Below, one piece after another: positions 1-12,500 of a DNA stretch of 64,000 nt. The stretch covers positions 10,343-74,342 of the forward strand of contig CAZWJA010000001.1 in the NCBI GenBank assembly GCA_964634445.1, read 5' to 3'. The stretch is from an uncultured Candidatus Saccharibacteria bacterium (lineage in GTDB: Bacteria; Patescibacteriota; Saccharimonadia; Saccharimonadales; AWTP1-31). Below the pieces are notes generated by a model that had not been told where the DNA came from, did no database searches, and saw nothing but the letters and a program-made list of their open reading frames with translations. The stretch's first letter is position 1. Each line of letters starts with the position of its first letter. The position numbers and the translations under genes are program-made.

Positions 1-837
1 TATTGCCAGTTGAGGGCTGGCAAGTAGACATGCAGAAACTACAAATACAGCACCTAGCGGGTTACCAATCATTGGGATCAAACCGAAAATTGCTAGAATT
101 CCTGCCAGTGCCACGGCATTAACGGAAACATGTAGAAGTGTAGAAGTCACCAGTAAGAAAACTAGGAAGAAAGAGGCGGCAATTGATGCCATTATCAGCT
201 GTCCGTTAACATAACCAGTTACCATCCGGTACATCTTGTAAACCATTTCTTTCTTTTGTTCGCGCTCGTCTTCGGGGATAAGTACTGACAAGCGCTTAAG
301 CCAAGTCGGACCTTCGTTCAACATCATAAATGTCATGGCTAGAACGGCAAGAATTGAGACTAGTGTCCCAGTAACTCTGGTAAACGTGTTTAATACCGGC
401 TTGGCACCAACTCGAGAAGTAAAGTCTTTATTAAATGTGTCTATCTGCTTGTCCAAACCGTACTTTCTAACCGCTCGTCCAACAGTAGAATCTTCAGTCT
501 TTAAGTTTTGGACCGTCGACGGAATTTGACCGACGAAGTCACTAACTTGAGTTATTAAAGGCGGTATTACCAATGAAAAGAAAGTTGTTAACGCTACTAA
601 AACAGTTATGAACGCGACAGCTGTCGGCAAAGTCCGACTTTTGCCTTTCAGATGCCGAGAAACCCAGCTAACGGCAGGATTGAGAGCCATCGCCAAAAAG
701 AAAGCAACTAAAATCAAAGTAATCGGGTGGGCCAAAGCAACAATCGCTCTAAGTAGTAAGACAGATCCTAGGACTACGACGATTATTCTAAATAACGTAT
801 TATAGCTAACTGTTAATTCTGTTTTATTTTTAGTCAT
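1..837 (-). CDS. AI-2E family transporter (3'-truncated by window edge)
   Basis: Not in the ORF track. Manual translation from ATG at 837 gives MTKNKTELTVSYNTLFRIIVVVLGSVLLLRAIVALAHPITLILVAFFLAMALNPAVSW..., hydrophobic with an AI-2E-like N-terminus. Confidence 0.8.
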   Translation of the reverse strand, partial: MTKNKTELTVSYNTLFRIIVVVLGSVLLLRAIVALAHPITLILVAFFLAMALNPAVSWVSRHLKGKSRTLPTAVAFITVLVALTTFFSLVIPPLITQVSDFVGQIPSTVQNLKTEDSTVGRAVRKYGLDKQIDTFNKDFTSRVGAKPVLNTFTRVTGTLVSILAVLAMTFMMLNEGPTWLKRLSVLIPEDEREQKKEMVYKMYRMVTGYVNGQLIMASIAASFFLVFLLVTSTLLHVSVNAVALAGILAIFGLIPMIGNPLGAVFVVSACLLASPQLAI

Positions 838-858
838 AGTCTAATTATGCCACCACAA

Positions 859-1968
859 TTATTTTATAGCCAGCTTGTTTAATGCTTGTTCATAGACGTT
901 TAGAATTTTCGGACCGATCACCTCAACATCAAATGTTTTGACGAGCCCAGATTGCCAGTCGTGAAGTGATTTAGATAAAGTTTTGTCACTTAGCAGCTTA
1001 TCCATCAGATCTGCCAGTTGCTGTGTTTTATAAGGGTCAAAAAGGACCAAAGGGTTATCATTCATTGTTGAAGCGTATCCTGGATTATTACCGGCAATAA
1101 CGACACCCGATCCGGCGGACATAGCTTCGAGCAGTACGATTCCGAAACTTTCACCTCCGGTACTTGGAAATACCGCAATGTCGGCTTGGGCTAAGAACTT
1201 CGTTTTATTTTTGTTGTCTATGAAGCCTGCGAATTTAACCCGGTCGGTTATATTTAGATCTTTGGCCATTTTTTTAAGTTTCATTTCAAGTGGACCTTTA
1301 CCGCCGATTATCAGCTGCACGTTTTTATCTTGAAGTCTGGCAAAAGCGGTTAATAAATACTTGGCGCCTTTTCGCTCGACTAAGCGACCTAAGAAAACTA
1401 TCTTCTTTTGCTTGTTCTTAACGATGTTGCTACTAGATTTAATAATCTCAACCATGTTTGGTATTACTTGGCTAGTAATTCCGGTTGTGCTGAGCATAAA
1501 GTTTTTAGCCGGGACGCTGACACTGATATAAGCATCGATTTTCTGCATCGATTTACTCGTGACCCGACTTAAAGCTTTGGCACCGGCATGGACTATCTTG
1601 GAAGCCGGAAATATATGAAACGTACTAATTATTTTTGTACCTTTTGGTGCAAGATTAATGATTCGTCCTACTAACTGAGGACTGTACGGCGTTTGGACAT
1701 GTAAAATATCGAATTGTTCCCGCTCAAGTAGCTGTTTTATCTTATTCTTATCAGCCGGGCGGGGAATGCTAAGCTTGTTTTTATTGAAGCTGACTTTGAT
1801 ATTCTTAGCCAGGCTGTGAACGTTTGGAATGTCTTTCCGCTTTGTTTCACCGACTAAAAAATGCACCTCATGGCCTTTTGTTTTTAACCAGCTACTTAAT
1901 GTCAAAACATACTGTTGGACACCATCAGGGTTGTCCAAACTGTCATCGAGAACAAAACCTATTTTCAC
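859..1968 (-). CDS. GT4 glycosyltransferase, PimA-like
   Basis: GVQQYV, FLGRLVERKG and GGESFGIVLLEAM motifs. Confidence 0.9.
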   Translation of the reverse strand: MKIGFVLDDSLDNPDGVQQYVLTLSSWLKTKGHEVHFLVGETKRKDIPNVHSLAKNIKVSFNKNKLSIPRPADKNKIKQLLEREQFDILHVQTPYSPQLVGRIINLAPKGTKIISTFHIFPASKIVHAGAKALSRVTSKSMQKIDAYISVSVPAKNFMLSTTGITSQVIPNMVEIIKSSSNIVKNKQKKIVFLGRLVERKGAKYLLTAFARLQDKNVQLIIGGKGPLEMKLKKMAKDLNITDRVKFAGFIDNKNKTKFLAQADIAVFPSTGGESFGIVLLEAMSAGSGVVIAGNNPGYASTMNDNPLVLFDPYKTQQLADLMDKLLSDKTLSKSLHDWQSGLVKTFDVEVIGPKILNVYEQALNKLAIK

Positions 1969-3107
1969 AAAGAAACCTTAGCGGCTTTTTTTGTTTTTAG
2001 AGCTTTTTGGTAAGCGGCTTCGTACATACTGACGACTTTTTTATAATCAAATTGCTGGACATAATCTTTTGCCCATTGCAGCCAAAGTTTTCTTATATTG
2101 GCGTCATACAGCATAATTTCCAGGCGCTGTGCGAAATCATCTTTAGATTTCGGATTAACTAAGCTAAGTTTGCCTCGCTCTGTCATTACGCTGGTATAAC
2201 CAGGATTATTTCCGCAGACCACGACTGTCCCAGCTGCCATCGCCTCTAGTAATACAATGCCGAAGCTCTCACCGTATAAAGCTGGGCTGCAATAAAGATC
2301 GCAGTTCTGCATGAGGCTTATTTTCTTTTTTTCGCTTACGAATCCCAAGAAACTTACGTCTGGAATATCGTGCCGGTCAACATAGTTTTCCAGACTGCTC
2401 CGCAGATCTCCATCGCCGGCAATAACTAACTTGGCATCGGAAAAATTCTGCCTAAGCAAGGCGTAGGCTTCGACTAAATATCTAACACCTTTTCTTTTTT
2501 CTAACCGGCCAATATATAGAATAGTTTTTTTCTTACTGGTTTGTTTAGGGCTTGTTGGCAGATAATCGGTTAGTTTGATTCCGTTTGGAATAATCTCAAT
2601 GTCAGCTTGAGGGGCATATGCCTGTGCCGTTGCTTTGGCAACTACACTGACAGCAGTTATTGCATGCAACCTAGGTTCTATGAACCTAGCAGCCGGCTTC
2701 ATTAGCTTTTCGAAAGATTTACTGACCATTCCTTCTGGCAGTGTGGCATGCATGGTACCAACATTGGCTGAAGTTGAACGGCTAAGCAACTGCATGCCCC
2801 AAACCGGAAGTCCCGGCTCGTGAAAATGCAGAACGTCGAAATTTTGTTCTTCAAACAAAGCGTCTATTTTTTCATTCGAGCGGTTGATACTGATATCGGC
2901 TTTAGTAGCAAAAGGTGTTTGGAACTCAGTCGAACCGCCCAGCAGAATAATATCCGGGTCGACTTTTTCAGGCAGTTTGCGTGGGCGAGGAGCAATAATC
3001 CTAACGTAGTGGCCACGTTTTTCTAACTCATGGGCTATTTCTTTAACGCATACCTGAACACCGCCGGGGCGGTAGTAGTTATACGGACAAACGATCCCAA
3101 TACGCAT
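1965..3107 (-). CDS. GT4 glycosyltransferase, PimA-like
   Basis: MRIGIVCPY..PGGVQ, HFHEP, YIGRLEKRKG, GESFGIVLLEAMAAG. Confidence 0.9.
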   Translation of the reverse strand: MRIGIVCPYNYYRPGGVQVCVKEIAHELEKRGHYVRIIAPRPRKLPEKVDPDIILLGGSTEFQTPFATKADISINRSNEKIDALFEEQNFDVLHFHEPGLPVWGMQLLSRSTSANVGTMHATLPEGMVSKSFEKLMKPAARFIEPRLHAITAVSVVAKATAQAYAPQADIEIIPNGIKLTDYLPTSPKQTSKKKTILYIGRLEKRKGVRYLVEAYALLRQNFSDAKLVIAGDGDLRSSLENYVDRHDIPDVSFLGFVSEKKKISLMQNCDLYCSPALYGESFGIVLLEAMAAGTVVVCGNNPGYTSVMTERGKLSLVNPKSKDDFAQRLEIMLYDANIRKLWLQWAKDYVQQFDYKKVVSMYEAAYQKALKTKKAAKVSL

Positions 3108-3145
3108 TAAACAATATTATAGCTAAAAACGGTTTAACTGTTAAT

Positions 3146-4102
3146 TTACTTTTTACGACTGTTCTGTGATTTGGCTGCCAGCATTCTTTTCAGCTTATAT
3201 GGGATTATACTTTCTGCCTCGGAAGCTGAGGCAATCACAGTCGGACCATGCTGTTCACCTTTAGACCACAAAACCGTAACCTTGTTATAAATTACACCGA
3301 GATGCTGCTCAACAACATGGTTATCGAAATAGCGGTCGCCCTTAACCGCAATATGTACGACCGGTAAGTCTATTTTTTCATTTAGAAGATTTAGTTTAAA
3401 CATACTGACGGCAGTGTCCATATAGGTCCTAATATCATTAATCTGCCAAAGTTTGATTTCGAAATCAATCCGCTTTTTTCGTTCTTCTTCGTCGGCATCC
3501 TTCATTTTCGGATTAGTACTGGCAACCCGGTTATAGGTAGCACGGATAAAACTAGGCCGGAGGGCAACATGCTGGGCAAACGTTGCCGGCAGCCGGTTTG
3601 AGAAAATACTGGATCCGTATCTAAGTAGGAAAAAATTACGTTTGGTGAAGATAAATTCTTCATGGTGAACAAAACCAACTGCACTAATCAACAATTCAAC
3701 TTTTCCTATAAGTTCAGGGCTTCTCTGAAGCATCCGAGTAATGATTGCGAAACCTTGGCTCATTGCCATTATAGTTACTTTTTTACGCCGGTACTTGAGC
3801 TTGATAAATGCTGCCAGATAATCAGCCAAATTGTCGAAGCTTGGTTTCTCACCGATTTTGTAAAAAGAATCCATCCCGCCATAACCAGGTAAATCCGGCA
3901 TGGTAACAGCTCCGTATTTATTTAGAGCTTCAGCAAATCCGAAATGTCGCTCTAAACTAGCGTGCATACCGTAAACAAACATAATTTCGCGGGTTTTACC
4001 ACGAGGTGCAGGCATTCTTAACATGCGACCCTGCATACCGTTCATTAGCAGCGGTTCGATATAATCTTCGGGATCTTTTAAAATATTATCTGTCATCGTC
4101 AA
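3146..4102 (-). CDS. Alpha/beta hydrolase
   Basis: PDLPGYGG, AMSQG nucleophile elbow, C-terminal D and H. Confidence 0.7.
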   Translation of the reverse strand: MTMTDNILKDPEDYIEPLLMNGMQGRMLRMPAPRGKTREIMFVYGMHASLERHFGFAEALNKYGAVTMPDLPGYGGMDSFYKIGEKPSFDNLADYLAAFIKLKYRRKKVTIMAMSQGFAIITRMLQRSPELIGKVELLISAVGFVHHEEFIFTKRNFFLLRYGSSIFSNRLPATFAQHVALRPSFIRATYNRVASTNPKMKDADEEERKKRIDFEIKLWQINDIRTYMDTAVSMFKLNLLNEKIDLPVVHIAVKGDRYFDNHVVEQHLGVIYNKVTVLWSKGEQHGPTVIASASEAESIIPYKLKRMLAAKSQNSRKK

Positions 4103-4174
4103 GTAAAAATGTACTTTAATTTTTACTTCTTGCCAACCATCTTATTAAAAAATGTAGTTTAGGGGGTTATACTA

Positions 4175-4978
4175 TTGGTTGTGTCAAAACTAAATAAAAG
4201 TCTATTTATCCTTCCTCCGGTTGTTTTAATATTAGTTATTATTTTGCTTACTTGGATTTTTGTTGGAAAGAAAGCAGCTGTATCTTTTAATGATCTAAGG
4301 AATTTAAAAACAGTACAAAAATCTACACCGGCACAGAACAATAAAACAGATAAGCCGTTCGACAAGAATAAAAATTCAATCACCGACCCGTCAAGTATTT
4401 GGGTAGTTGTGAATAAAATTAATCCTATTCGGCCGAACGATTATGCACCGTCAGATTTGGTCGTCCCAGATATACTGCTTCGTAACAGCAGCACCTCACC
4501 CGAGATGCTGGTCAGAAGCGAAGCCGCCTCAGCACTGAAGAAAATGTCGGATGCGGCCAATGCTGAATCTATTGGTCTGCGTCTGGCTAGTGGTTACCGG
4601 TCGTATGGTTTGCAAATCGTAATCTACAACAATTACGTAAAAACTCAAGGTCAAGCGGTTGCCGACAGCCAAAGTGCTCGTGCCGGATTCTCAGAACACC
4701 AAACCGGCCTAACTGTAGACCTAGAGCCGGCCAATCGTAAGTGTGAAATTGCAGATTGCTTTGCTGACACCGCTGAAGGTAAGTGGCTGGCTGCAAATGC
4801 TTACAAACATGGTTTTATACTTAGATATCCGCCTGATTCTCAGCCAATTGTCGGTTACAAATACGAGCCTTGGCATTTTAGATATGTCGGTACAGAACTG
4901 TCCAACGAAATGAATAAAACTGGCCAGAAATATCTAGAACGTTTTTTCGGCTTACCAGACGCACCTGATTACAATTAG
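4175..4978 (+). CDS. M15B/VanY-type D,D-carboxypeptidase
   Basis: N-terminal TM, SGYRSY, SEHQTG, YEPWHFRYVG. Confidence 0.9.
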   Translation: MVVSKLNKSLFILPPVVLILVIILLTWIFVGKKAAVSFNDLRNLKTVQKSTPAQNNKTDKPFDKNKNSITDPSSIWVVVNKINPIRPNDYAPSDLVVPDILLRNSSTSPEMLVRSEAASALKKMSDAANAESIGLRLASGYRSYGLQIVIYNNYVKTQGQAVADSQSARAGFSEHQTGLTVDLEPANRKCEIADCFADTAEGKWLAANAYKHGFILRYPPDSQPIVGYKYEPWHFRYVGTELSNEMNKTGQKYLERFFGLPDAPDYN

Positions 4979-6222
4979 AAAGAGTAGGCTCGTCTTAGCC
5001 GCCAGGCATTATCCGGCATCTTTACTTGAGATTTTAATACAACTTCGCCGATCACTTTGTCGTTAAGTTTATAACCACCGACTCTTTGGCCTGGTTTTTT
5101 GTCGACTTTAATATCTTCCAATATTGGATATGCTTTTATTTTACTTCCCACCCAGCCGAAAACGGATATGTCGCTCGCCAGCACAGCTGCAGATCTTTCA
5201 CCCCATTGGCTTTGGTAATAGCCGACGGTATCTCCGCTGCTTGCCAGTTTTATATTAGTAAAGTTGTTCTTTACAGCCTCTAGCAGGGGACGAGTGTCGT
5301 TCATGGCATTGGACCTTGCTGATGCACCTAAAACTACCGCTATTACTGTTTTCTTTTGGCCATTACTTAGTGTTTTGACGGCAGAAGCCAAAAAACATCC
5401 ACCTGCTTCTTCTGTATTACCAGTTTTAATGCCGTTAATGCCGTCAGAATTCAACAGATAGTTGACATTTTTTATTTGCCCATGCACTGGGATAACTGCA
5501 TCAGTTTGGCCGACAATTTCAGATAGAACCGGTTCTTTTAGAGCTGCTTGTCCTAGCAAAATAAGATCATGCGCGGTGCTGGTAGTGTTAGGTGAAAATC
5601 CGCTGGCATCAGAAATAACTGTCTGATTCATTCCAAGCGACTTGGCAAAACTGTTAGCAAAGTCGATATATTGTTTCATGCTTCCAAATGCCCATGAAGC
5701 CATGGTATCTGCCATGTTATTAGCAGAGGGCAACATCATAGCCTGCAGTCCCTGGTACTGAGTTATTTTTTCACCTTCCTGGACGCTTACAACACTGCCG
5801 TTATTGGCTAAATAGCGGTTGTAGTAGCTAATATCGGTGCTTGTTAAGGTAATTGTTTCGCCAGTCTGCCCGGGTTTTAAAGGTTTTTTATTTAAGACTG
5901 CTAGAGCCGTTAGCGTTTTGGTGATGCTGGCAATTGGCCGAGGAGTTTGGCTTGGACTGGATGCCAGGAATCCTGAGTCCAAGTCACCAACTGCAGCTTG
6001 ACCATAACTCGGCCATCTGATATCCGGCGATCTTGGTTGATATACCAAAGATTTAGCTTCGGCTTTTAGAACTGGCAATGGCTGGTTGTACCGGACTAGA
6101 ACAACAGATGAATACAGAAGAATTAAGATCACTCCAATTATGCTGGTCAATCTCAACCAGCGGGTGGGTCTTTTTCTGACCTTACGCTTAGTCATTACCC
6201 GACGATGGTCAATAATATTCAT
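4975..6222 (-). CDS. S11 D-Ala-D-Ala carboxypeptidase (DacA-like)
   Basis: ASITK (SxxK), SAN (SxN), KTG. Start moved to ATG 6222 because the longer ORF runs over tRNA-Gln. Confidence 0.88.
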   Translation of the reverse strand: MNIIDHRRVMTKRKVRKRPTRWLRLTSIIGVILILLYSSVVLVRYNQPLPVLKAEAKSLVYQPRSPDIRWPSYGQAAVGDLDSGFLASSPSQTPRPIASITKTLTALAVLNKKPLKPGQTGETITLTSTDISYYNRYLANNGSVVSVQEGEKITQYQGLQAMMLPSANNMADTMASWAFGSMKQYIDFANSFAKSLGMNQTVISDASGFSPNTTSTAHDLILLGQAALKEPVLSEIVGQTDAVIPVHGQIKNVNYLLNSDGINGIKTGNTEEAGGCFLASAVKTLSNGQKKTVIAVVLGASARSNAMNDTRPLLEAVKNNFTNIKLASSGDTVGYYQSQWGERSAAVLASDISVFGWVGSKIKAYPILEDIKVDKKPGQRVGGYKLNDKVIGEVVLKSQVKMPDNAWRLRRAYSF

Positions 6223-6350
6223 TTTACCTATCTGATTATTGTTAACCCCATTATAGCAAAAGCAATATCCATAAGGGGTAAGTAGTTTGTAAAAGCAGTA
6301 GAAATAAGCTAAAATAAGCTCCGATCGCAACTCAGTAAACCAATAATTAA

Positions 6351-6425
6351 TAGGGCGTGGCCAAGTGGTAAGGCACCAGTTTTTGGTACTGGCATTCGGG
6401 GGTTCGAATCCCTCCGCCCTAGCCA
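6351..6425 (+). tRNA. tRNA-Gln(TTG)
   Basis: Acceptor TAGGGCG/CGCCCTA, anticodon arm CCAGT-TTTTGGT-ACTGG, TTCGAAT T-loop, encoded CCA. Confidence 0.97.
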
Positions 6426-6436
6426 AGAAATATCAA

Positions 6437-6458
6437 AGACCTCTTTCGAGGTTTTTTT
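6437..6458 (+). terminator. Rho-independent terminator after tRNA-Gln
   Basis: AGACCTC-TTTC-GAGGTTT followed by a T run. Confidence 0.75.
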
Positions 6459-6553
6459 GTTTATCGTTTTGACTATTTTCGCATAAGTGGTGCTTCAGAT
6501 AACAATTATTCTGCTATAATACTGCTATAGCTTTTATCAATTTGCGGGGATGG

Positions 6554-9500
6554 ATGTCCAAATATAAACATACACTTAAAAAGGTAGCTGCACATGGGCG
6601 TCGAGCCTATGTTGTTGCCAAGCCCCATGCTAAAAAGGCAGTTGGTAAAACGGTTCATCATTCTAAGAAGATAGCTAGGAAATCGTATCATTTGAGCAAA
6701 GTCGGAGCTCAAAAGAGTATTAAAAAAGCTAAGGTCGTACACAGACAAGTTGCAGTCAAGCCGCACCAGTATTTAACAGGGAAATGGGCGTTATACCGCA
6801 AGTGGCACGATTGGCGCTGGCATCAAATGACTCATTATTCTTTGCTAGGACTATATATGTTGGTCATCGGAGTTACACTTTTCAGAAGTTTTAGCTTTGT
6901 TTTGGCTGCCGATCTGTCTAACAACTGGGATTTTTCTAATGCCAGTGACTACACCTTAGATAGCGGTGTCGAAAATACTGGTTCTGCAGCAAGATTAAAA
7001 GCCCAAAATTACAGCTCAGATGCAAACACATCAGCACTTTATCATTTAGATGAATCTTCTGGTACTACTGCAAGCGACAGCTCGGCAAATGCTAATAATC
7101 TAAGCCTCCAGAATTCCCCAACTTTTGGTACTGGCAATTTAAATAATGGCCTGACCTTAAATGGCACCACCCAGTTTGGAAGTGCTAGTGACAGTAGTAG
7201 CTTGTCGCCGACCAGCCAACAAACATTAGAAGGCTGGTTCAAACCCGGAGCTACATATGACAATACAGCTAATTCAAGTCAAACTTTAATTGATAAGGGT
7301 TCTTATAAAGTCGGATTAGATAGAACATCAGGAAAGATTTATTCAGAACTTCAAAACAATAATTTAGGTAGCTGGACTAGGCAAATGGGTGGCGAAGTAA
7401 ACGGTAGCTGGTCTACGGCTCATTACCAAATCGATTCGAGCGCAAATGACGGTACTAACTACTATGTTGGTACTGGTGGTCTTGCCGGAGACGCCGAAGT
7501 TTGGAAATGGAACGGTTCATCTTGGTCTAAATTAGGTGGAGACTCTTTAAATGGCAGCTGGGCGGATTTCACTTATGAAAGCGTAACTGCCATGGAAGTA
7601 CATTCTGGAAGTCTTTTCATTGGGCTTGGTGTAAGTACTGTAGATGGCGAAGTATGGTCGTGTTCCCTGGTAAGCAACTGTTCATCATGGTCAAAAATTG
7701 CAGGTGATGGTGTAGGTATTATTGGACTAGGCTACGAAGCAATCAGGTCTATGGTAAGCCATGATGGAAAACTTTATATTGGTACCGGTGATGGTTCGAC
7801 AGGTAGCGGGACAGACGGAGATGTCTATCGTTACGAAAGTGGCACCACTTGGACACAAATCGGTGGAGATGGCCTAAACAGCGGTTGGGCCGCAAACACA
7901 AATGAAACTATCGTGGAATTAACTAGCGACGGCACAAGCTTATATGCCGGTACAGGGGGCTTACACGCAGGAGATGGCGAAGTTTGGAAATGGAACGGTA
8001 CTATTTGGACAAAGTTAGGAGGCGACGGACTAAATTCTAGCTGGAATACAGTTTATGAAACTGTAAACTCAATTATGTCCGTAGGGAGTGACCTTTATGC
8101 CGGAACCGGTAACAGCACATTAGATGCCGAAGTTTGGAAACTTAGTGGGGGAACTTGGTCTAAAATTGGCGGTGATGGAGTAGGTTCAAGTTGGAGCAGC
8201 GCTGGAATAACAAACGTCTTAGACATGGTAAATGATGGGACTAATATATATGCAACATTAGGATCAACATCCGCATTGGGACAGGTATATAGCATGCCAA
8301 TCGCCGGTAGTACCTGGACTTTAATTGGTGGAAATGCAGGTAATAATAATTCATGGACTGGTGCTAACAGCGTGGGTGCACTAGAGTATTTTAATTCTCA
8401 ACTTTATGCCACACCATGGACAAGCGGTGCGTTCGGTTCAGGAGCTTATACTTGGAACGGCTCATCGTGGACAACTATTGGGGGCGGTTATTTAAATGGT
8501 AGCTGGGGAGGCCAAAATACAGGTAATGTAAGTGCCTCGACTGTAATGAACGGAAAAATGTATGTTGGCCTTGGTGCTGGACTTAACAATGCAATGGTTT
8601 ATGAATGGGATGGCACTACAGCCAATATTATTGGTGGCGGATCAGGTGTGAACGGAAGCTGGGGAAACTGGACATATGAATCAATTACATCTATGACGGC
8701 ATACAACGGTAAGCTCTATGTAGGAACTGGAATAGGTAATGGAGATGGAGAAGTTTGGCGATGGGATTTTGGTTCGTGGACTAAAGTTGGTGGAGATGGA
8801 CTTAATAACGGTATGTCGGCTACTATCGCTACGGTCGACAGCATGACCGTTTATAAGGGCAAGTTATATGCAGGTACCGGATCGACATTGAACAACGGTC
8901 ACGTATGGGAATATGATGGATCGACATGGACTAAAGTTGCCGGTACAGGAGTAGCTAATACATTCGGCTCAAATGACGTCATGTCTATGTCTGTATATAA
9001 CGATCAATTATGTGTTGGCAATGGTGGCGCCAGCTCGCAAGCTCAAGTTTGGTGCTGGTCAGGTAGTGGGGCTTGGACAAGAATTGCCGGTGCAGGATTG
9101 AATAGCAGCTGGGCATCTACTACATCAAAATTTATGTCAGCTATGGCTATATATAATGATAAGTTATACGTTACTTTAAGTGACACATTATTAGTCAGTG
9201 AGGTTTGGTCTTGGGATGGTACAACATGGTCGCAAATCGGCGGTGCCGGATTAAATAGCGGCTGGCAAGATGGATCGTATAGTCAGATAAACGCGTTGTC
9301 AGTTTACAATGGTGATTTGTATGCTGCTACTGGTTATAAAACTACTAACGGTTCTGGCGCCGGAGATGTTTGGAGATATAACGGAACAGGCTGGACACAA
9401 ATTGGTGGGGACAACTTAAATGGCGGTTGGGGAAACACACTTGAAGTTGTTTCTACGCTAACACAATACAAAGGCAAGCTATATGCCGGCACTGGCTTTA

Positions 9501-12500
9501 CCGCAAATGCTGACGCCAACGTTTATTCTATTGGGAATAATGGCTATGTAGAATCTACTACCTCATCTTTTAATTCTTCCTGGCACCACTTTGCAGCAAG
9601 CTATAACGGATCAAGTTTTAAGTTGTACATTGATGGCACGCAGGAAGCGTCACAAAACTCCAGCTTTACAATTACCGATAATACTAAAAGCTTTTTAGTT
9701 GGAAAAGGTATAGGAAGTGCGAATGCCGGATATGGTGAAAGTTTTTTTAACGGTTCGTTAGACGAGATACGAATAAGTGATACGGCTCGTAGTAGCTTTA
9801 CTACTAAGCCATACAGTACAACCGCTCAAGGAGTTGTTCTTGCAGACTCAGTCAGGAATACCGGCGTCGAGCATTGGGATGGACTGGCATCGAGCGAAAC
9901 TGCTAATGGCGGGGCTATTTCCTACCAACTTAGTGACGATGATGGTACAACTTGGAAATATTGGACTGGCAGTGCGTGGTCGGCAGTTGGTTCGAATACG
10001 GACTCAAATAATATTTCGATTATTAATACTAATATCGCAACTTTTCCGACTACATTCGACGGTATTAAGTGGAAAGCTATACTTCTTGGCGATGGAAATC
10101 AAAGGGTGCAGTTAAATTCCGTTACCTTGACGGCAACATCAGATAGCTTAGCCCCGGAAACTAATGCATCGGCAATTACAGCTAAAAAATCTAATGGCGG
10201 TGCCAGTCTTGCGAGCAACGGATGGACTAATGGGGCATCACCATACTTTACCTGGACTGCCGGAACTGACTCGGGTTCAGATATACTAGGATACTGTTTA
10301 TACCTTGGTCAAACTGGCTCTTCTGATCCAATTTCTACTAAAGGACTACTCGGAACTAGTCCGGTTAACACTGGTGGGAATTGCCAGTTTGCGATAAGTG
10401 GCAACACGCTAGACCTCAGTCTTTCAGGTCTGCTAGGTACGGCTTTAACTTCGTCAGATGATCCATATTACCTAAATATTAAAGCGATTGATAATGCTGG
10501 AAATATTTTTGATACAAGCGAACAATTTCAATTTCGGTTCGACAATACACCGCCAACCAACCCAGGTTTTGTTTCTGCGCCATCTAGCTTTATTAATACC
10601 AAATCAGCAACCCTGACTTGGCCGACGGGCGGAGGACAGGCTGCTAATGATGACAACTCTGGAGTCGCCGGTTTGCAATACAAGATCGGAAATACTACTT
10701 GGTATGGAGATAGTCATACTGGTACAGGAGATATTAACGATCTACTGGCAAATGACGGCAATTACACTACCGTCGATCCGACCGACTTCGACAACATAAA
10801 CGATGGAGTAAACACATTTAGCTTTAGGACTTGGGACCAGGCTGGGAACATTAGTAGTAGTACAGTGACAGCTGCATTAAAAGTTAATACCAGCGGCGCA
10901 CCAAGCGAACCTCAGAACCTGCAGGCAACTCCTTCGACCAACACCACTAACTCATTTGCGTTTTCTTGGGATGCACCGGCAACGTTTAATACAACCACCG
11001 GAAATGCCGACAAACTTAGCTATTGTTATACAGTTAATACACTACCGACAGCTAACAACTGTATCTTTACGTCTGCCGGAGTAACAAGTCTAAACGCTGG
11101 GTCATACGCTACTCAACCAGGCGCTAATACCTTTTATGTTGTTGCCAAGGACGACTTCAACGCAATTAGTTATTCTAGTTACACATCCGTTACATTTACA
11201 GCCAATACATCGGCTCCGGGTATGCCCCTTAACACCGACATCGTAGACGTTTCCGTAAAATCTACTAGTAACTGGAGACTGGCTGTGACATGGGATACTC
11301 CTGACGACGTCGGCGCGGGTATAGCCAGCTACAAGCTCTACCGGTCGACAGATAACTCTGGCTTTACTCAAGTCGGAACTAGTTCTAGCACATCATTTGT
11401 CGATGCAAACCTAAGTCAGCAAACTTACTATTACAAAGTCAAAGCATGTGACAGTGCCAACAATTGTGGCGCTTATGGAACGACAGTCTCAATGCTACCG
11501 ACAGGCAAATTTACAACTCCTGCTGTAATTACCAGTGAACCGATCGTGACTAACACGACAACTAAAAAAGCAACTGTTTCCTGGTCAACAGATCGGGCTT
11601 CTGACAGTAAGATTAGCTTAGGCACCCAGAGTGGCACATACAGCCCAAGTGAAGTAGGTAATTCAGATCAAGTTACGGCTCACGTAATTGACCTCGACAA
11701 TCTAGCTGCCGGTACGACCTATTATTTCAAAACTAAGTGGACTGACGAAGACGGTAACACTGGTACAAGTCAAGAATATACCTTTACGACCTCACCAGCT
11801 CCGGTATTAAAAGAAGTCAATACTTTGTCAATTGGCTTATCTAATGCCACGATTCAGTTCACTACAAAAGATTCAGTTAAAACAGATATTAATTATGGTA
11901 AATCAGATTCATTCGGCGGAATTAAAACGATTAATACATCTAGTGTTGAATCAACTTATGCTATGGATCTGGCAGGTTTAGACGATGGAACTAAATACTT
12001 TTACCGCCTAACTATGTACGATTCAGAAGGCGGATCCTATCAAAGCAGCATCTTCTCGCTAACAACTCCTCAACGGCCTAAAATCAGCAACCTAAAATTC
12101 CAACCGGTACCAAACGAACCGACTAGCACCCAGCAGGTTACATGGACAACAAACGTAGCTACCAACTCTTCAATTAATTTCGGTAAGATTGGAACAACCG
12201 GAATTATTCAGCAGAGTCAGGAAATGAAAACAACGCACGAAATGATAATCCGAGGGCTGGAAGATGACAGCGAATACTTCTTATTTGCTGAAGGCAGGGA
12301 TGCTAATGGTAATCTAGCCACATCTGAACGCCAGGTCTTCAAAACAGCTCTAGATACTAGGGCGCCAGAAATAACAGATATTACAATTGAACCTGCTATC
12401 CGTGGCTCCGGCGTAGAAGCCAGAGGCCAGATTGTTGTTTCTTGGAAGACCGATGAACCATCTACCAGCCAGGTTGCATTCGCAGAAGGATCAAATGTAA

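Noticed and set aside
6223-6426. N-terminal extension of the 483-aa ORF
   Set aside because: It is the antisense translation of tRNA-Gln and intergenic DNA; the real start is near 6222.
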